From: an uncultured Phycisphaerales bacterium
GTDB taxonomy: Bacteria > Planctomycetota > Phycisphaerae > Tepidisphaerales > Tepidisphaeraceae
Direction of reading: 5' to 3'
NCBI GenBank assembly: GCA_963844715.1
Contig: CAWJPJ010000008.1
Location: forward strand, 128,001-192,000
Length of the DNA stretch: 64,000 nucleotides
Shown here: in pieces, positions 10,416 through 22,122 of the stretch
How the letters are laid out: every line of letters begins with the position of its first letter
Numbering within the stretch: position 1 is the first letter of the stretch
Notes under the pieces: generated by a model
The model's input: only the letters and a program-made list of their open reading frames with translations
Databases searched by the model: none
What the model was told of the DNA's origin: nothing
Translations under genes and position numbers: made by a program

Positions 10416-10904
10416 ATGCGCGTTCTTGGGATTGATCCTGGTTTGCAGATCACGGGGTACGGGGTTGTCGATTTTGAGCGAACACCGAAATTGATCGATG
10501 GCGGCGTCATTCGGCTAAAGCCCAAGTCTTCCCTTGCGGCGAGATTGGTCGAGTTGGAATCCGAGTTGGGGGAATTGTTCGAAGAGTTCGAGCCGGACGT
10601 TTGCGCGGTCGAGCAGTTGTATGCGCATTACAAGCACCCGCGCACCGCGATCCTGATGGGGCATGCGCGCGGAGTGATTCTGCTGGCGGCGGAGCGGCGC
10701 GGCGTGCGCGTTGAGCAGGTGTCCGCCAATCGCGTGAAAAAATCGCTTCTAGGGTACGGACACGCCGGGAAATTGCAGATGCAGAAGGCGATTCAGCAGT
10801 TGTGGGGCTTGAAGGAATTGCCCAAGCCGCCCGATGTGGCCGATGCCCTGGCGGTGGCGCTTTGCTGCGGGCGGGAAATTTCCGGTAAACTGAGCCGCAG
10901 ATGA
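10416..10904 (+). CDS. ruvC: Holliday junction resolvase
   Basis: MRVLGIDPG, AVEQ, PPDVADALAVA. Confidence 0.96.
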   Translation: MRVLGIDPGLQITGYGVVDFERTPKLIDGGVIRLKPKSSLAARLVELESELGELFEEFEPDVCAVEQLYAHYKHPRTAILMGHARGVILLAAERRGVRVEQVSANRVKKSLLGYGHAGKLQMQKAIQQLWGLKELPKPPDVADALAVALCCGREISGKLSRR

Positions 10905-11533
10905 TCTGCGCAATCACCGGCGAACTTCGGCGCGTTGAAGACGATCGAGTCCACCTCGCCAGTGGGCCGGTCGTGTATGAAATTCTGGTTCCGGCGTTCG
11001 ATCTCACGGAATTGCAGGCAAGCCTCGGCGAATCGATCACTCTGCACACGATTTTTGACCTCGAGGGAGACCCGACGCGCGGCGGACTGGCCCCGCGATT
11101 GATCGGCTTCCTCCGCCTGCACGACAAGAATTTCTTCCAGCTCTTCGTGACGGTCAAAGGGATCGGCCCCAAGCGCGCCCTGCGGGCGCTGGTTCAGCCG
11201 GTTGGGCAGATCGCGGCTGCGATCGAGAATCGCGATGCCCGGTTTCTAGTGCAATTGCCCGAAATCGGGAAACGAACCGCCGAGCAGATCGTCGCCGAAT
11301 TGGCCGGGAAATTAACCGACTTTGCGATGGAGCAGGGGGCGGTTGCCGCCCCATTGGCCCGCAAGGATCGATCGCCGGCTGAACTGGATGCAATTGACGG
11401 GATCATCCTCCTGGGGATCGGGCGCTCGGATGCGGAGCGATTGCTGGAACGAGCCAAGGCCGCCGAGCCGGACCTGAGTACCGCCGATGCGCTGGTGAGG
11501 GAGATGTTGAGATTACGCACGGTTCGGGCGTGA
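10901..11533 (+). CDS. ruvA: Holliday junction branch migration protein A
   Basis: HhH motifs VKGIGPKRAL and LPEIGKRTAEQIVAEL; follows ruvC with ATGA overlap. Confidence 0.93.
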   Translation: MICAITGELRRVEDDRVHLASGPVVYEILVPAFDLTELQASLGESITLHTIFDLEGDPTRGGLAPRLIGFLRLHDKNFFQLFVTVKGIGPKRALRALVQPVGQIAAAIENRDARFLVQLPEIGKRTAEQIVAELAGKLTDFAMEQGAVAAPLARKDRSPAELDAIDGIILLGIGRSDAERLLERAKAAEPDLSTADALVREMLRLRTVRA

Positions 11534-11542
11534 TGGGCACGG

Positions 11543-11694
11543 AACCCGAAATCCGAAGCCCGAAACCAGAAATCCGAATCAAACCAGAATGGCGAAATGA
11601 CCGAATAGTCCCCGCGAATCGAATGCGGTGCTTCCGTTTGGTCATTCTGGTTTTGGGCATTGATTCGTCATTCGGGTTTCTGGTTTCGGGTTTG
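11543..11694. repeat. Imperfect palindromic heptamer-repeat element (family shared with 29985-30092)
   Basis: aacccgaaatccgaagcccgaaaccagaaatccgaat ... attcgggtttctggtttcgggttt. Confidence 0.75.
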
Positions 11695-11738
11695 AGCCCA
11701 GAGTTGCGATTCAACCCATTTGCGCCAATGATTGATTC

Positions 11739-12740
11739 ATGGCTCCTTCGATTGGATCAGGCCGCGGAGGTTCCCCCATGGCAGGGGGGTTTCGGCTCTT
11801 TCGCATTTTCGGGATCACCGTCTACCTCCATTTCACGTGGTTCATCATCGCGCTCTTTGAAATTCAGTCGCGCAAGGGGGAATACAGTTCGATCTGGTGG
11901 AACGTCGCGGAATACCTTTCACTCTTCGCGATCGTGCTGACCCATGAATTCGGCCACGCCCTGGCCTGCCGATCCGTCGGTGGGACGGCGGACACGATCA
12001 TGCTTTGGCCGCTGGGCGGGATCGCGTTTGTGAATCCGCCGCCGCGGCCCGGAGCGCTGCTTTGGAGCATCGCGGCCGGGCCGCTGGTCAACGTGCTCAT
12101 TCTGATTCCGACCTATTCCCTGCTGAGTTTGCCGCACGACACCGACCTCCATCGGTTCCTCTTTGTTTTCGCGGCGACGAATCTGATGCTGCTCGTGTTT
12201 AACATGCTCCCGATCTATCCGCTGGACGGGGGGCAGATCGTGCAGGCGCTGCTTTGGTTCGTGATTGGGCGCGGACGGAGCTTGATGGTTTCGGCCGTGC
12301 TCGGGATCATCGGCGCGGTGGGAATGGTCGGTTTGGCGATCTATTTGAGCAATCCCTGGCTCGTCGTCCTGGCGATCTTCGCGGGGTTCCAGGCTTTCCG
12401 AGGAATCAAGATCGCGCAGATATTAAGGGCGCGCGAAACCATGGCGCGGCGCGGGGGGGTCACGTGCCCCTCTTGTGGGCAGGCGCCGCCGATGGGGGCG
12501 TTCTGGAGATGTTCCACGTGCCGGCAGCCGTTCGACATCTTCGAGAGAAGCGGGATATGCCCGAACTGCGGAACGATGAACCGGATGGCGTTTTGCCCCT
12601 CGTGTCGAAACGGCGCGCCGGTGGCGGCGTGGATGGGGATGAATCCGGATTTGCCCCCGCTGCCGACCGTGCCCGTGCCGCAACCCGCGTGTCCGCCTCC
12701 CCCGCCCCTGCCCCGAATGCCCCCGGCGCCGCCCTGGTAA
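11739..12740 (+). CDS. Site-2 protease (peptidase M50) with C-terminal double zinc ribbon and Pro-rich tail
   Basis: HEFGH, AAGPLVN, NMLPIYPLDGG; four CxxC pairs (CPSC, CSTC, CPNC, CPSC); alternative start 11778. Confidence 0.9.
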   Translation: MAPSIGSGRGGSPMAGGFRLFRIFGITVYLHFTWFIIALFEIQSRKGEYSSIWWNVAEYLSLFAIVLTHEFGHALACRSVGGTADTIMLWPLGGIAFVNPPPRPGALLWSIAAGPLVNVLILIPTYSLLSLPHDTDLHRFLFVFAATNLMLLVFNMLPIYPLDGGQIVQALLWFVIGRGRSLMVSAVLGIIGAVGMVGLAIYLSNPWLVVLAIFAGFQAFRGIKIAQILRARETMARRGGVTCPSCGQAPPMGAFWRCSTCRQPFDIFERSGICPNCGTMNRMAFCPSCRNGAPVAAWMGMNPDLPPLPTVPVPQPACPPPPPLPRMPPAPPW

Positions 12741-12792
12741 AAGCCAACGGACGGCCCTTCGATAAACTCAGAGCGGGCCATCCATTGGCTTT
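12739..12792. repeat. Nested palindromic repeat
   Basis: Arms aaagccaacggacggccc / gggccatccattggcttt enclosing ttcgataaactcagagc. Confidence 0.65.
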
Positions 12793-12825
12793 GTGGGGGG
12801 TGACCCGTAATGTTAGAACATACCC

Positions 12826-13876
12826 ATGCCGCGCGAGAGAATTGTTTCGGGCCAGTCGGGATCGGAAGAGGAAACCCGATTCAATTACTCGCTTCGCCCC
12901 GAGAACTTTTCCCAATATATCGGCCAAGACGCGCTGGTCCGCCGGCTGAAGATCGCCGTCGATGCCGCCAAGGCGCGCAAGGAGCCGATCGAGCATGTTC
13001 TCCTCCACGGGCCCCCGGGGCTCGGGAAGACGACCCTGGCCCACGTGATCGCCCATGAAATGAACGCCCAGGTTCACGTCACCAACGGCCCGGCGCTCAC
13101 CAAAGGCGCGGACCTGGTCGGCATTCTCACCAAACTCGGGCCCGGCGACGTTCTTTTCATCGACGAGATTCATCGCCTACCGGCCATAGTCGAGGAATAT
13201 CTCTATCCCGCCATGGAGGATTTCAAGGTGGACATCACGCTCGATTCCGGCATGCACGCCCGGACGATCACGATGCCCCTGGCGGCTTTCACGCTGATCG
13301 GCGCGACCACCCGCATCGGCTTGCTCAGCGGCCCGATGCGAAGCCGCTTCGGCATCGCCAATCACATCGAGTTTTATACCCCCGAGTCGCTGCACGAAAT
13401 TCTGCGGCATAACGCCAAACTGCTGAAGCTCCAAAGCGAGGACGAGGCGTTGAAGGAACTGGCTCGCCGCAGCCGGGGAACGCCGCGCATCGCCAATCGG
13501 CTGATTCGCCGCGTGCGCGATTACGCCGCGGTGGAAGCCGCGTCGAAACTCACGCTCGCCGTGACCAAATCGGCCCTAAGCCTCGAGGGAATCGACGAGC
13601 GCGGCCTCGACGAGCAGGATCGGAATTATCTGAAAACGCTGATCAATGTTTACGACGGCGGCCCCGCCGGTGTGGAAGCCCTGGCCGCAAGCCTGGGCGA
13701 GGAGATCGATACGCTGGTGGATGTCGTCGAGCCCTATTTATTGCAGACGGGCCTGGTTCTGCGCACGCGCGCAGGGCGCGCCGCGCACGAAGACGGCGTA
13801 CGATCATCTCAAGATCGAGTGGAACCCGTCCAAAGACGTCTCGGAAGATCCATCCCTCTACGAAAATCAGGCCTGA
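12826..13876 (+). CDS. ruvB: Holliday junction DNA helicase; frameshift near 13780
   Basis: [42 protein letters not shown]-terminus continues in a second frame to TGA 13874-13876. Confidence 0.96.
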
Positions 13877-15072
13877 TGTTCCATTTCCTCGCTGGGCGCT
13901 TCATCCGCCCCACGGCGGGATTTGCGGCGGTATTGCCTCGGGGTTAATCCGATTTGGTCGTGGAAAGCCATGCTGAGCTGCCGCGCTTCCTTGAACCCGC
14001 AGGCGTCGGCAATTTCCCTCACCGGGCGATCCGTGCGCGACAGCAGCAATTTCGCCCGCTCAAGCTGGACCCGGCGGATTTCCTGATAGGGCGAGCGCCC
14101 CAAAGCCTTGCGGAACCGCATCTCCAGCGACCGGCGGGAAAGCTGAGTGCGCGAAAGGAGATCCTCGACGTTGATCTCGCGCCCGCCGCGATCACGGATG
14201 AAGCGCACGGCCGCGGCGACTTCCGCGTCGGCCAGCGCCAGCACGTCGCTGCTGCGCCGCGTGATGACTTCGACGGGCGGGACGAGGATCGGCTCAACCG
14301 GAGCGGGTTGCCCGGCAATCAGTTTGGCCAGCAGAGCCGCGGATTCGTAGCCGATCTGTTCGGTGTTCAGGCAGATGCTCGAGAGCTGCACGCCGGACAG
14401 TTCGCAATTGATTTCGTCGTTATCGACGCCCAGGACGGCGATCTGATCCGGGACTTGTAACTCCAGTGAAGTCGCCAGGCGCACCGTTTCCTTCGCGCAC
14501 GAATCATTTCCGCAAAAGATCGCCAGGGGGCGCGAAAGCGTGGCCAGCGCCTCGAGCCGCGCGGAGCGATCCGAGTCCTGGGAGACCAGGGCCGGCTCGC
14601 CGGCAATTTCCTCCTTGCGCTGCACGATTGAGCAATCGAAGCCCGCGGCGCGCAGGGCCTCCTGAAAACCGTCGGCGCGCTGCTGGGCGTAGGCGGCGCC
14701 TTTGATCCCGAAGAAGGCGAAATTCCTGAATCCGCGCTCGATAAAATAGGAAGCCGCCAGTTTTCCCGTGGCAATGTCGTCGGGAAGAACCGCCGGCATT
14801 TCGATCGGCGGCTCAATGACGTTGGAGATGTTGATCGCCGCGACGCCGCTGGCAATCAGTTCCTGCGCATGCTGGCGCTGGCGGATCTGGACGATGACGC
14901 CGCGGACATTGTCGCGGGCGAAGGTTTCGGTGAAGCCGGGCTCGATGTGCGAGGAGAAATTGAAATCCCACCCGCCGTGGATTTTCGCGTAGTCGGCAAT
15001 GCCGCGCAAGACGCCACGGCTGTAGGCATAAACGACGTCGGCGTAGAGGCGAACCGAACAGTTTTCCGGCAC
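13867..15072 (-). CDS. XylR-type transcriptional regulator (LacI-like sensor + AraC HTH)
   Basis: [39 protein letters not shown]...TPRQYR. Confidence 0.92.
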   Translation of the reverse strand: MPENCSVRLYADVVYAYSRGVLRGIADYAKIHGGWDFNFSSHIEPGFTETFARDNVRGVIVQIRQRQHAQELIASGVAAINISNVIEPPIEMPAVLPDDIATGKLAASYFIERGFRNFAFFGIKGAAYAQQRADGFQEALRAAGFDCSIVQRKEEIAGEPALVSQDSDRSARLEALATLSRPLAIFCGNDSCAKETVRLATSLELQVPDQIAVLGVDNDEINCELSGVQLSSICLNTEQIGYESAALLAKLIAGQPAPVEPILVPPVEVITRRSSDVLALADAEVAAAVRFIRDRGGREINVEDLLSRTQLSRRSLEMRFRKALGRSPYQEIRRVQLERAKLLLSRTDRPVREIADACGFKEARQLSMAFHDQIGLTPRQYRRKSRRGADEAPSEEMEHQA

Positions 15073-15323
15073 GATCAGGCTCCTTCCCGCCGGGCCATTG
15101 GTTCATCCGCTGGTCCGGTCCCATCGCCCCAAGTCACGGCATATTAACCGACGGCCCGGGTTCCCCAAACGTCCCGACTCCGGACAAACAGCGCCGTCGG
15201 CAGGGCCATTTTTGCTAGCCCACGTTTCTCAATCTCTCCATATTACCAATAATAAGCCGGAATAAACCATTTAAACCGCATTTCTTCTCGATTTACCCAT
15301 TTGAATGTGTTAGGTTATGGGCT

Positions 15324-15452
15324 GTGAGAAACCTACGTTATCTGCCTCTGACGTTTCTTTGCGGGATGCCGGGATTTGTGTACTTTGCGCCTGTGCTGAT
15401 TGTGTGCACCGCAACGTTTCTGGCTACCCGTCGTAAACCGCTCGCCAACTAA
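15324..15452 (+). CDS. Possible 42-aa membrane peptide
   Basis: GTG-started ORF MRNLRYLPLTFLCGMPGFVYFAPVLIVCTATFLATRRKPLAN, hydrophobic core with basic tail; no clear SD. Confidence 0.3.
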   Translation: MRNLRYLPLTFLCGMPGFVYFAPVLIVCTATFLATRRKPLAN

Positions 15453-15461
15453 CTAATTCAT

Positions 15462-18363
15462 TTAAGCGATCTTCTGTTCCGCCTCCGGGTTGCGCGGGGC
15501 CAATCTCATTTTGAGATATTCCGAGGTATATCCCAGTCCCGATTTGGCGACCCGTTCTGGGGTCCCTGCAACAACGATTTGCCCGCCCGCTTCGCCTCCC
15601 TCGGGGCCGAGATCGATAATCCAATCGGCGCATTTGATGACATCGAGATTGTGCTCGATGACCAGCACGGTGTTCCCGAAATCCGCCAGGCGATTCAGCA
15701 CGTTGAGCAGATTGTGAATGTCCGCAAAGTGCAGCCCGGTCGTCGGCTCGTCCAGAACGTAAAGCGTGTGGCCCGTCGCGCTCTTGCCGAGTTCGGTCGC
15801 GAGCTTGACGCGTTGCGCCTCCCCGCCGGAAAGCTGCGTGCTCGGCTGCCCGAGTTTGATATACCCCAGGCCCACGTCGTTGAGCGCCTTAAGAAGCTCG
15901 CGCGATGTGCGGGAAATTTTCGAAGAAGCCGAGCGCTTCCTCGACCGTCATGTTCAACACATCGGCGATCGTCTTCCCGCGATAATGAATCTCCAGCGTC
16001 TCTGCGTTGTAGCGCGAACCGTGGCAGACTTCGCACGCAACATATACATCCGGGAGAAAGTGCATTTCAATGCACTTCGTCCCCTGCCCCTGGCAGGCTT
16101 CGCAGCGGCCGCCTTTGACGTTGAAGCTGAAACGCCCCGCCTCGTATCCGCGGATTTTGGCTTCCTTGGTCTTGGCGAAGACTTTTCGAATGTCGTCGAA
16201 GACACCGGAATAAGTCGCCGGGTTGCTCCGCGGCGTGCGCCCGATCGGGCTTTGATCGATCTCAATAACTTTGTCGATGCGGCTGACGCCATTGAGGGCT
16301 TTGAACGCGCCCGTCTTTACTTTCGAGGCGTAAAGCTTTCGCCGCAGCGCGGGAAGCAGGGTCTGATTGATGAGCGTCGATTTCCCCGACCCGCTGACGC
16401 CCGTGACGCATACCACGCCGCCCAGCGGGATGCGCACGTCGATATTTTTCAAATTGTTCTGCCGGCACCCCTTAAGCTCTAGGCACGATTTATTCGGATC
16501 CATCGGCCGGCGAACCTGCGGCGGAACGATGGCGTACTCGCCGGTCAGATATTTCACGGTTGTGCTGTGCGCATTCTGCAGAACCTGCGGCATGTGGCCC
16601 GCGCAAACGATCGTTCCGCCATGAGCGCCGGCCCCGGGGCCGACATCGATGAGATAATCCGCCGCCCGAATGCACTCCTCATCGTGCTCGACCATGATGA
16701 CCGTGTTCCCGAGGTCTTTGAGGCGCTTGAGCGTGCGGATAAGCCGTGCGTTATCGCGAGAATGAAGCCCAATCGTCGGCTCGTCCAGAACATAGCAAAC
16801 ACCGACGAGCCCGCTTCCAACCTGCGTCGCCAGCCGGATGCGCTGCGCCTCGCCGCCGGATAGGGTGGCGGTTTTTCTGTCGAGTGTGAGATAAGCCAGA
16901 CCCACATCCGACATAAATCCGAGCCGAGCCGAAATCTCGCGGACGATCGGCTCGGCGATAACCGCCTGTTCGGGCCCGAGGCGCAGGTTCTGGAAGAATT
17001 GCCGCGCGGTTTCGACGGTCATCGCCGTCACGTCCGAGATGCTGTAACCCGCCAGTCGGATCCCCCCGTTGGGAAGCTCGCTGGACCCGTCGGGATCGCC
17101 GTGGATGCGCACGGCCAGCGCCTCAGTCCGCAATCGCGTCCCGCCGCACTTGGCGCACGGCTGTTCGGATGTGTACTGATGCAGCCGCGTTTTGACGAAT
17201 TCGCTTTCGGTGTTCTCGAATCGCCGCTGAAGATTGGGGATGACGCCCTCGAACCAGGTTCCGGTCCCTTCGTCCCCCTGTTCATCCGTGCCTTCCATGA
17301 GGATGGCGCGGATTTTTTTGGGGATGTCCTTGTAGGGCATCGAATAGGAGATACCGAAGTCGCGGGCGAACTGCCGCAGGACGCGGCTGTAATAAATGTT
17401 CATCCGCTTCCCATTTTTCCGCCACGCCTCGATCGCACCGTTTTCGAGGGAAAGCGACTCATCCGGGACGATCAATTCCGGATCGAATTCGCACGTCGTC
17501 CCCAGTCCATGGCACGCCGGGCACGCCCCGTGCGGGCTATTGAAGCTGAATATCCGCGGCTCCAGCTCCGGGAGCGAAACATGCGGATGATCCGGGCAGG
17601 CAAATTTCTCGCTGAAGGTCTGATCGACCCATTTATTGTCGGCCCCCTGAATGCTGACGATCAAAATTCCCTGCGAGAGCTTCAGCGCGGTTTCGACGGA
17701 ATCGGCCAATCGCGAGCGAATTTCCGGCTTCAAAACCAGCCGGTCCACGATCGCCTCGATGTTGTGCACTTTGGTCTTTTGCAAAGACGGCGCGCTCTCG
17801 GCGGCCAGTTCCAGCATTTGCCCATCGACCCGCGCCGAACATAACCCTGCTTATGCAGAGCCGCGAAGATTTCCTTGTGCTCCCCTTTTTGCCCTTTGAT
17901 CAGCGGCGCCAGCAGCATCACCTTGGACCCGGCGGGATGCTTCATCACCGCATCCACGATCTGCGAAGGCGATTGGCTGGCGATCGGCCTTCCGCAAACC
18001 CAGCAATACGGCCTGCCCGCCCGGGCAAATAAAACGCGCAGTGTAATCGTAAATCTCGGTCGTCGTCGCCACGATGCTGCGCGGATTGCTCGACGCCGAC
18101 CGCTGCTCGATGGCGATGGTGGGGGGGAGCCCCTCGATTTCGTCGATGTCCGGCTTCTGCAGTTGCTCCAGAAATTGCCGCGCGTATGCCGAAAGCGATT
18201 CCACATATTTCCGTTGTCCCTCGGCGTAGATGGTGTCGAACGCCAGCGTCGACTTCCCGCTCCCGCTCAGACCCGTCACCACGACGAGCTGATCGCGCGG
18301 CACGTCCACGTTCAGGTTCTTCAGATTATGCTCGCGCGCGCCTTTGATTCGGATGAATTTCAC
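15462..18363 (-). CDS. uvrA: Excinuclease ABC subunit A; several frameshifts
   Basis: [27 protein letters not shown] twice, zinc fingers, LDEPTTGLH; spread over four ORFs. Confidence 0.96.
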
Positions 18364-18469
18364 TCGTCCACTCCGGTACCCGGTGTTTGGTCGGGAATTG
18401 AAACTGGATATTCTAGCGGGCATGGCGGCGGGAATCGAATCGACCGGTGGTTCGCGGCGAAAGCAGGGG

Positions 18470-20143
18470 ATGCCGCTTGAAAGGCTGAAAATCCAGCCGC
18501 CGCACAACCTGCCTCGATTTATTGCCGGCGGGGCATTGATCGTCGTGCTGGGCATGCTGGCCTATCTGCCCGCGCTCAATGGCCAGTTCGTCTGGGACGA
18601 CAACTCCTGGACCACCGGCATCGTCCCGCTCCTCCAGGACTTTTCCGGCCTGGAAAAGATGTGGCTCCAGGGCACCGCACTTCAGCAATATTACCCCCTG
18701 ACCGGCACCAGCTTCTGGATCGATTACCACCTCTGGGGATTTCACACCCTTCCCTACCATATCGAAAACCTTCTGCTCCATCTCACTTCCGCGCTGCTGT
18801 TCTGGACCCTGCTCAAAAAACTCCAGGTTCCCGGCACGTGGCTGGCTGGTGCCATATTCGCCGTCCATCCCGTCATGGTCGAATCCGTCGCCTGGATCAC
18901 CGAACGAAAAAACGTCCTCTCCATGGTCTTCTTTCTAACCGGCCTGCTGGCGTACGGACGATTCAGCAACTTTTGGAAAGCGGAAGAAAAGTCCCCCAAT
19001 TGGTCCATCTACGCGCTGGCTCTCTTTCTATTCATCTGCGCCCTCCTCGCCAAAGCCACCGCCTTCTCATTTCCGGCGGTTCTCCTGCTCATCTGCTGGT
19101 GGAAGAGGGGGGAGATTCGCTGGAAGAGGGATGTCCTCCCCACGCTTGCCTTCTTCGCGATCTCCATCGGCTTTTGCCTCAGGACCAGTCGGCTGGAGAA
19201 ATACCACGTCGGAGCCATCGGCCCCGAATGGAACATCTCCTTCCCCGCTCGATGCCTGATTGCCGGTCGCGTAATCTGGTTCTATTTCGGCAAACTCCTC
19301 TGGCCCAGCTCTCTTTGTTTCATCTATCCGCGCTGGCATCTGAACGTGGCCAGTTGGAAACAGTGGCTCTGCCCAATCAGCGTGATCGCAATCCTCGGCG
19401 TCCTGTGGCACTACCGCCGCCGCATCGGCCGAGGTCCGCTCGCCGCCGCCCTCTTTTTCACCGGCACCCTCTTCCCCGCCCTGGGATTTATGGACGCCTA
19501 TTTCATGCGTTTCTCCTTCGTCTGCGACCACTGGATGTACCTTTCGAGTCTGGGATTGATCGCGCTGTTCGCGGCGATCGTTACTCAGAAGATCCATTCG
19601 AGAGCGGTCGTCTGCGGTTTTTCCGCCGTTCTGCTCGGCGCGTTCGCCATTCTGACCTGGCGACAGTGCGCCGTTTATTCCGATTTGGAAACCCTCTGGC
19701 GCGACACCCTGGCGAAGAACCCTGACGCCTGGATGGCGCAATACAACCTGGGATACTTGATGCAAACCCACGGCAACATCGCCGAGGCAAAGGAGCGATA
19801 CGAGCGCACGCTTGCGATCAACCCCAACTGCGACGAGGCGGAAAATAATCTGGCCTGGCTCCTGGCGACACTTTCGTCCGCGGAGGGGGGAGACCCGGCG
19901 TGCGCGGTGATTCTGGCCGAGAACGCCTGCCGCTCAACGAGCAATCAGGATGCGAATCGACTGGATACGCTGGGGGTCGCCTACGCGGCCGACGGGCGGT
20001 TCGATGACGCCGTCGCGACCACGCAATCGGCCATCGCCCTGGCGCAGCAAGAGGGCCAAACCGAGCTGGTGAGGCGCATGGAAGCTCGCCTGGCCCTCTA
20101 TCGACAAGGCCATCCATATAATCCGTCCCCGGCCGGCGGTTGA
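18470..20143 (+). CDS. TMTC-like GT-C membrane glycosyltransferase with C-terminal TPRs
   Basis: [31 protein letters not shown], many TM helices, TPR tail. Confidence 0.8.
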   Translation: MPLERLKIQPPHNLPRFIAGGALIVVLGMLAYLPALNGQFVWDDNSWTTGIVPLLQDFSGLEKMWLQGTALQQYYPLTGTSFWIDYHLWGFHTLPYHIENLLLHLTSALLFWTLLKKLQVPGTWLAGAIFAVHPVMVESVAWITERKNVLSMVFFLTGLLAYGRFSNFWKAEEKSPNWSIYALALFLFICALLAKATAFSFPAVLLLICWWKRGEIRWKRDVLPTLAFFAISIGFCLRTSRLEKYHVGAIGPEWNISFPARCLIAGRVIWFYFGKLLWPSSLCFIYPRWHLNVASWKQWLCPISVIAILGVLWHYRRRIGRGPLAAALFFTGTLFPALGFMDAYFMRFSFVCDHWMYLSSLGLIALFAAIVTQKIHSRAVVCGFSAVLLGAFAILTWRQCAVYSDLETLWRDTLAKNPDAWMAQYNLGYLMQTHGNIAEAKERYERTLAINPNCDEAENNLAWLLATLSSAEGGDPACAVILAENACRSTSNQDANRLDTLGVAYAADGRFDDAVATTQSAIALAQQEGQTELVRRMEARLALYRQGHPYNPSPAGG

Positions 20144-20183
20144 GGCGAGCCGGCCGCCCATCGTCTATCATTCCCTGGCGACA

Positions 20184-22122
20184 ATGAATCAGGATGCGCA
20201 CGAATTATTTCAGATGGCCAGGCAGGACCACGAAGCCGGGAAACTGGCCGAGGCGGAACTGCTCTACCAGCACGTGATCGCGCGCGATCCGAATCACGCG
20301 GACGCCTTGCATCTGCTGGGGATTATTCTGGCCCAGACCGATCGCGCCCCAAGGCCGCGGAGATGCTCCGGCGCGGCGGCCGCGAATCCCAATTCGGCGG
20401 ACGTGCACAACAACCTCGCCAACGTGCTTCAGAGCCTCGGGCAGTTGGAAGAGGCCATCGCCCAGTACAACGCGTCGCTGGCGCTGAATCCGAATTTTCC
20501 CACGGGCCTCAGCAATCTGAGCAACACCCTGCGATTGAGCGGCAGATATGACGACGCGATTGCCGCCGCCCGGCGGGCGATCGAGCTGAACGCCGGTTAC
20601 GCGCCGGCTTACGTAAATCTGGGATACGCCCTCCAGGAAAAGGGCGATCTCGAGCAGGCGATCGACGCCTTTCAAAAAGCCCTCATGGTGCGGGCGGATT
20701 TCCCGGAGGCGCAGACCAATCTGGGCATGCGCCCTGGCAGCCGTCGGACGGCTCGACGAGGGCATCGCGGCTTGCCGGCGCGCGGTCAATCTCGCCCCCA
20801 ATCTGGCCCAGGCTCACGTGAATCTCGGCAACGCCCTGCAATCGGCCGGGCGATTGGATGAAGCGATCGCCTCGTTCGACCGCGCACGAACCATCAATCC
20901 CGATTACACGGCCGCTCACAGCAACCGGTTTTTCGCGATGGCGTATATGCCCGAGTTCAATTCGCCGGCGATTCTCCGCGAGATGAAGGCATGGGACGCC
21001 CGGAATCCGCGGCCGATGACCGGGCACAAGAACGATCGGAATCCGGCCCGAAAATTGAGGATTGGGTATGTCTCGCCCGATTTTTACCGCCATTGCCAGT
21101 CGTTTTTCACGATTCCCCTGCTGTCGCACCACGATCATGTGCAGTTCGAGATTTACTGCTACGCCGATGTGAGCAGTCCCGACGAAATCACCGCGAGAAT
21201 TCAAAACCACGCGTATGTTTGGCGAAGCACAGTGGGGAGGAGCGATGAGCAGATCGCAGAGCAAATCAAAGCCGATGGAATCGATATTCTGGTCGATCTG
21301 ACCATGCACATGGCGCATGCAAGGCCGGGGGTATTCGCCAGGAAACCCGCGCCGATCCAAATCGCCTGGCTCGCCTATCCCGGAACGACGGGATTAAGCG
21401 CCATGGACTATCGGCTCAGCGACCCGCACCTGGACCCACCTGGGGAACATGAGGGGTGGTACGCGGAGAAGACGGTTTTGCTTCCCGACACGTTTTGGTG
21501 TTACGAGCCGTTGGGGGAGGTTCCGGAAGTGCAAGCACTGCCCGCCTCTCAGAACGGATATGTGACCTTTGGCTGTTTGAATAACTTTTGCAAGGTGACC
21601 GATCAGACCCTGGACCTGTGGGCGCACGTCATCCGCGAAACGAAGGAGTCGCGACTGATTTTGTTATCTCCCCGTGGCGAGCACCGTCAAAGGGTCATTA
21701 GCAAAATCGGCGTGGCGCGGTCCCGGGTCGAATTCGTCGAGTTCCTTCCTCGGCAGAAATACCTGGAAACCTACCACCGAATCGATCTCTGCCTCGATAC
21801 CTTCCCATATAACGGCCACACGACCAGTCTGGATGCATTTTGGATGGGAGTTCCCGTAGCGACGCTTTGCGGGCAAACCGCCGTCTCGCGGGCGGGGTTC
21901 AGCCAGACCAAGAATCTCGGGCTCGACGCCGCCCTGGTTGCGCATGATCCGGATGAATTCGTCAAAAATACCGTCAGATTGGCCGGGAATTTGGCCGCCC
22001 TGAGCGAACTGCGAAAGGGACTGCGCCAAAGAATGGAAAAATCGCCCCTCATGGACGGAAAAAAATTCGCGGCGAATTTCGAAAAAGCGTTGCGCGAGAT
22101 GTGGCGGCGGTGGACGTCATGA
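20184..22122 (+). CDS. TPR + GT41 (SPINDLY/O-GlcNAc transferase family) protein 1; frameshifts in the TPR region
   Basis: TPRs, LRIGYVSPDF, IDILVDL, RKPAPIQIAWLAYPGTTG, NNFCKV, LDTFPYNGHTT. Confidence 0.9.

Noticed and set aside
10330..11694. Short repeats as a CRISPR array
   Set aside because: No constant repeat with unique spacers, no cas genes; these are palindromic heptamer elements
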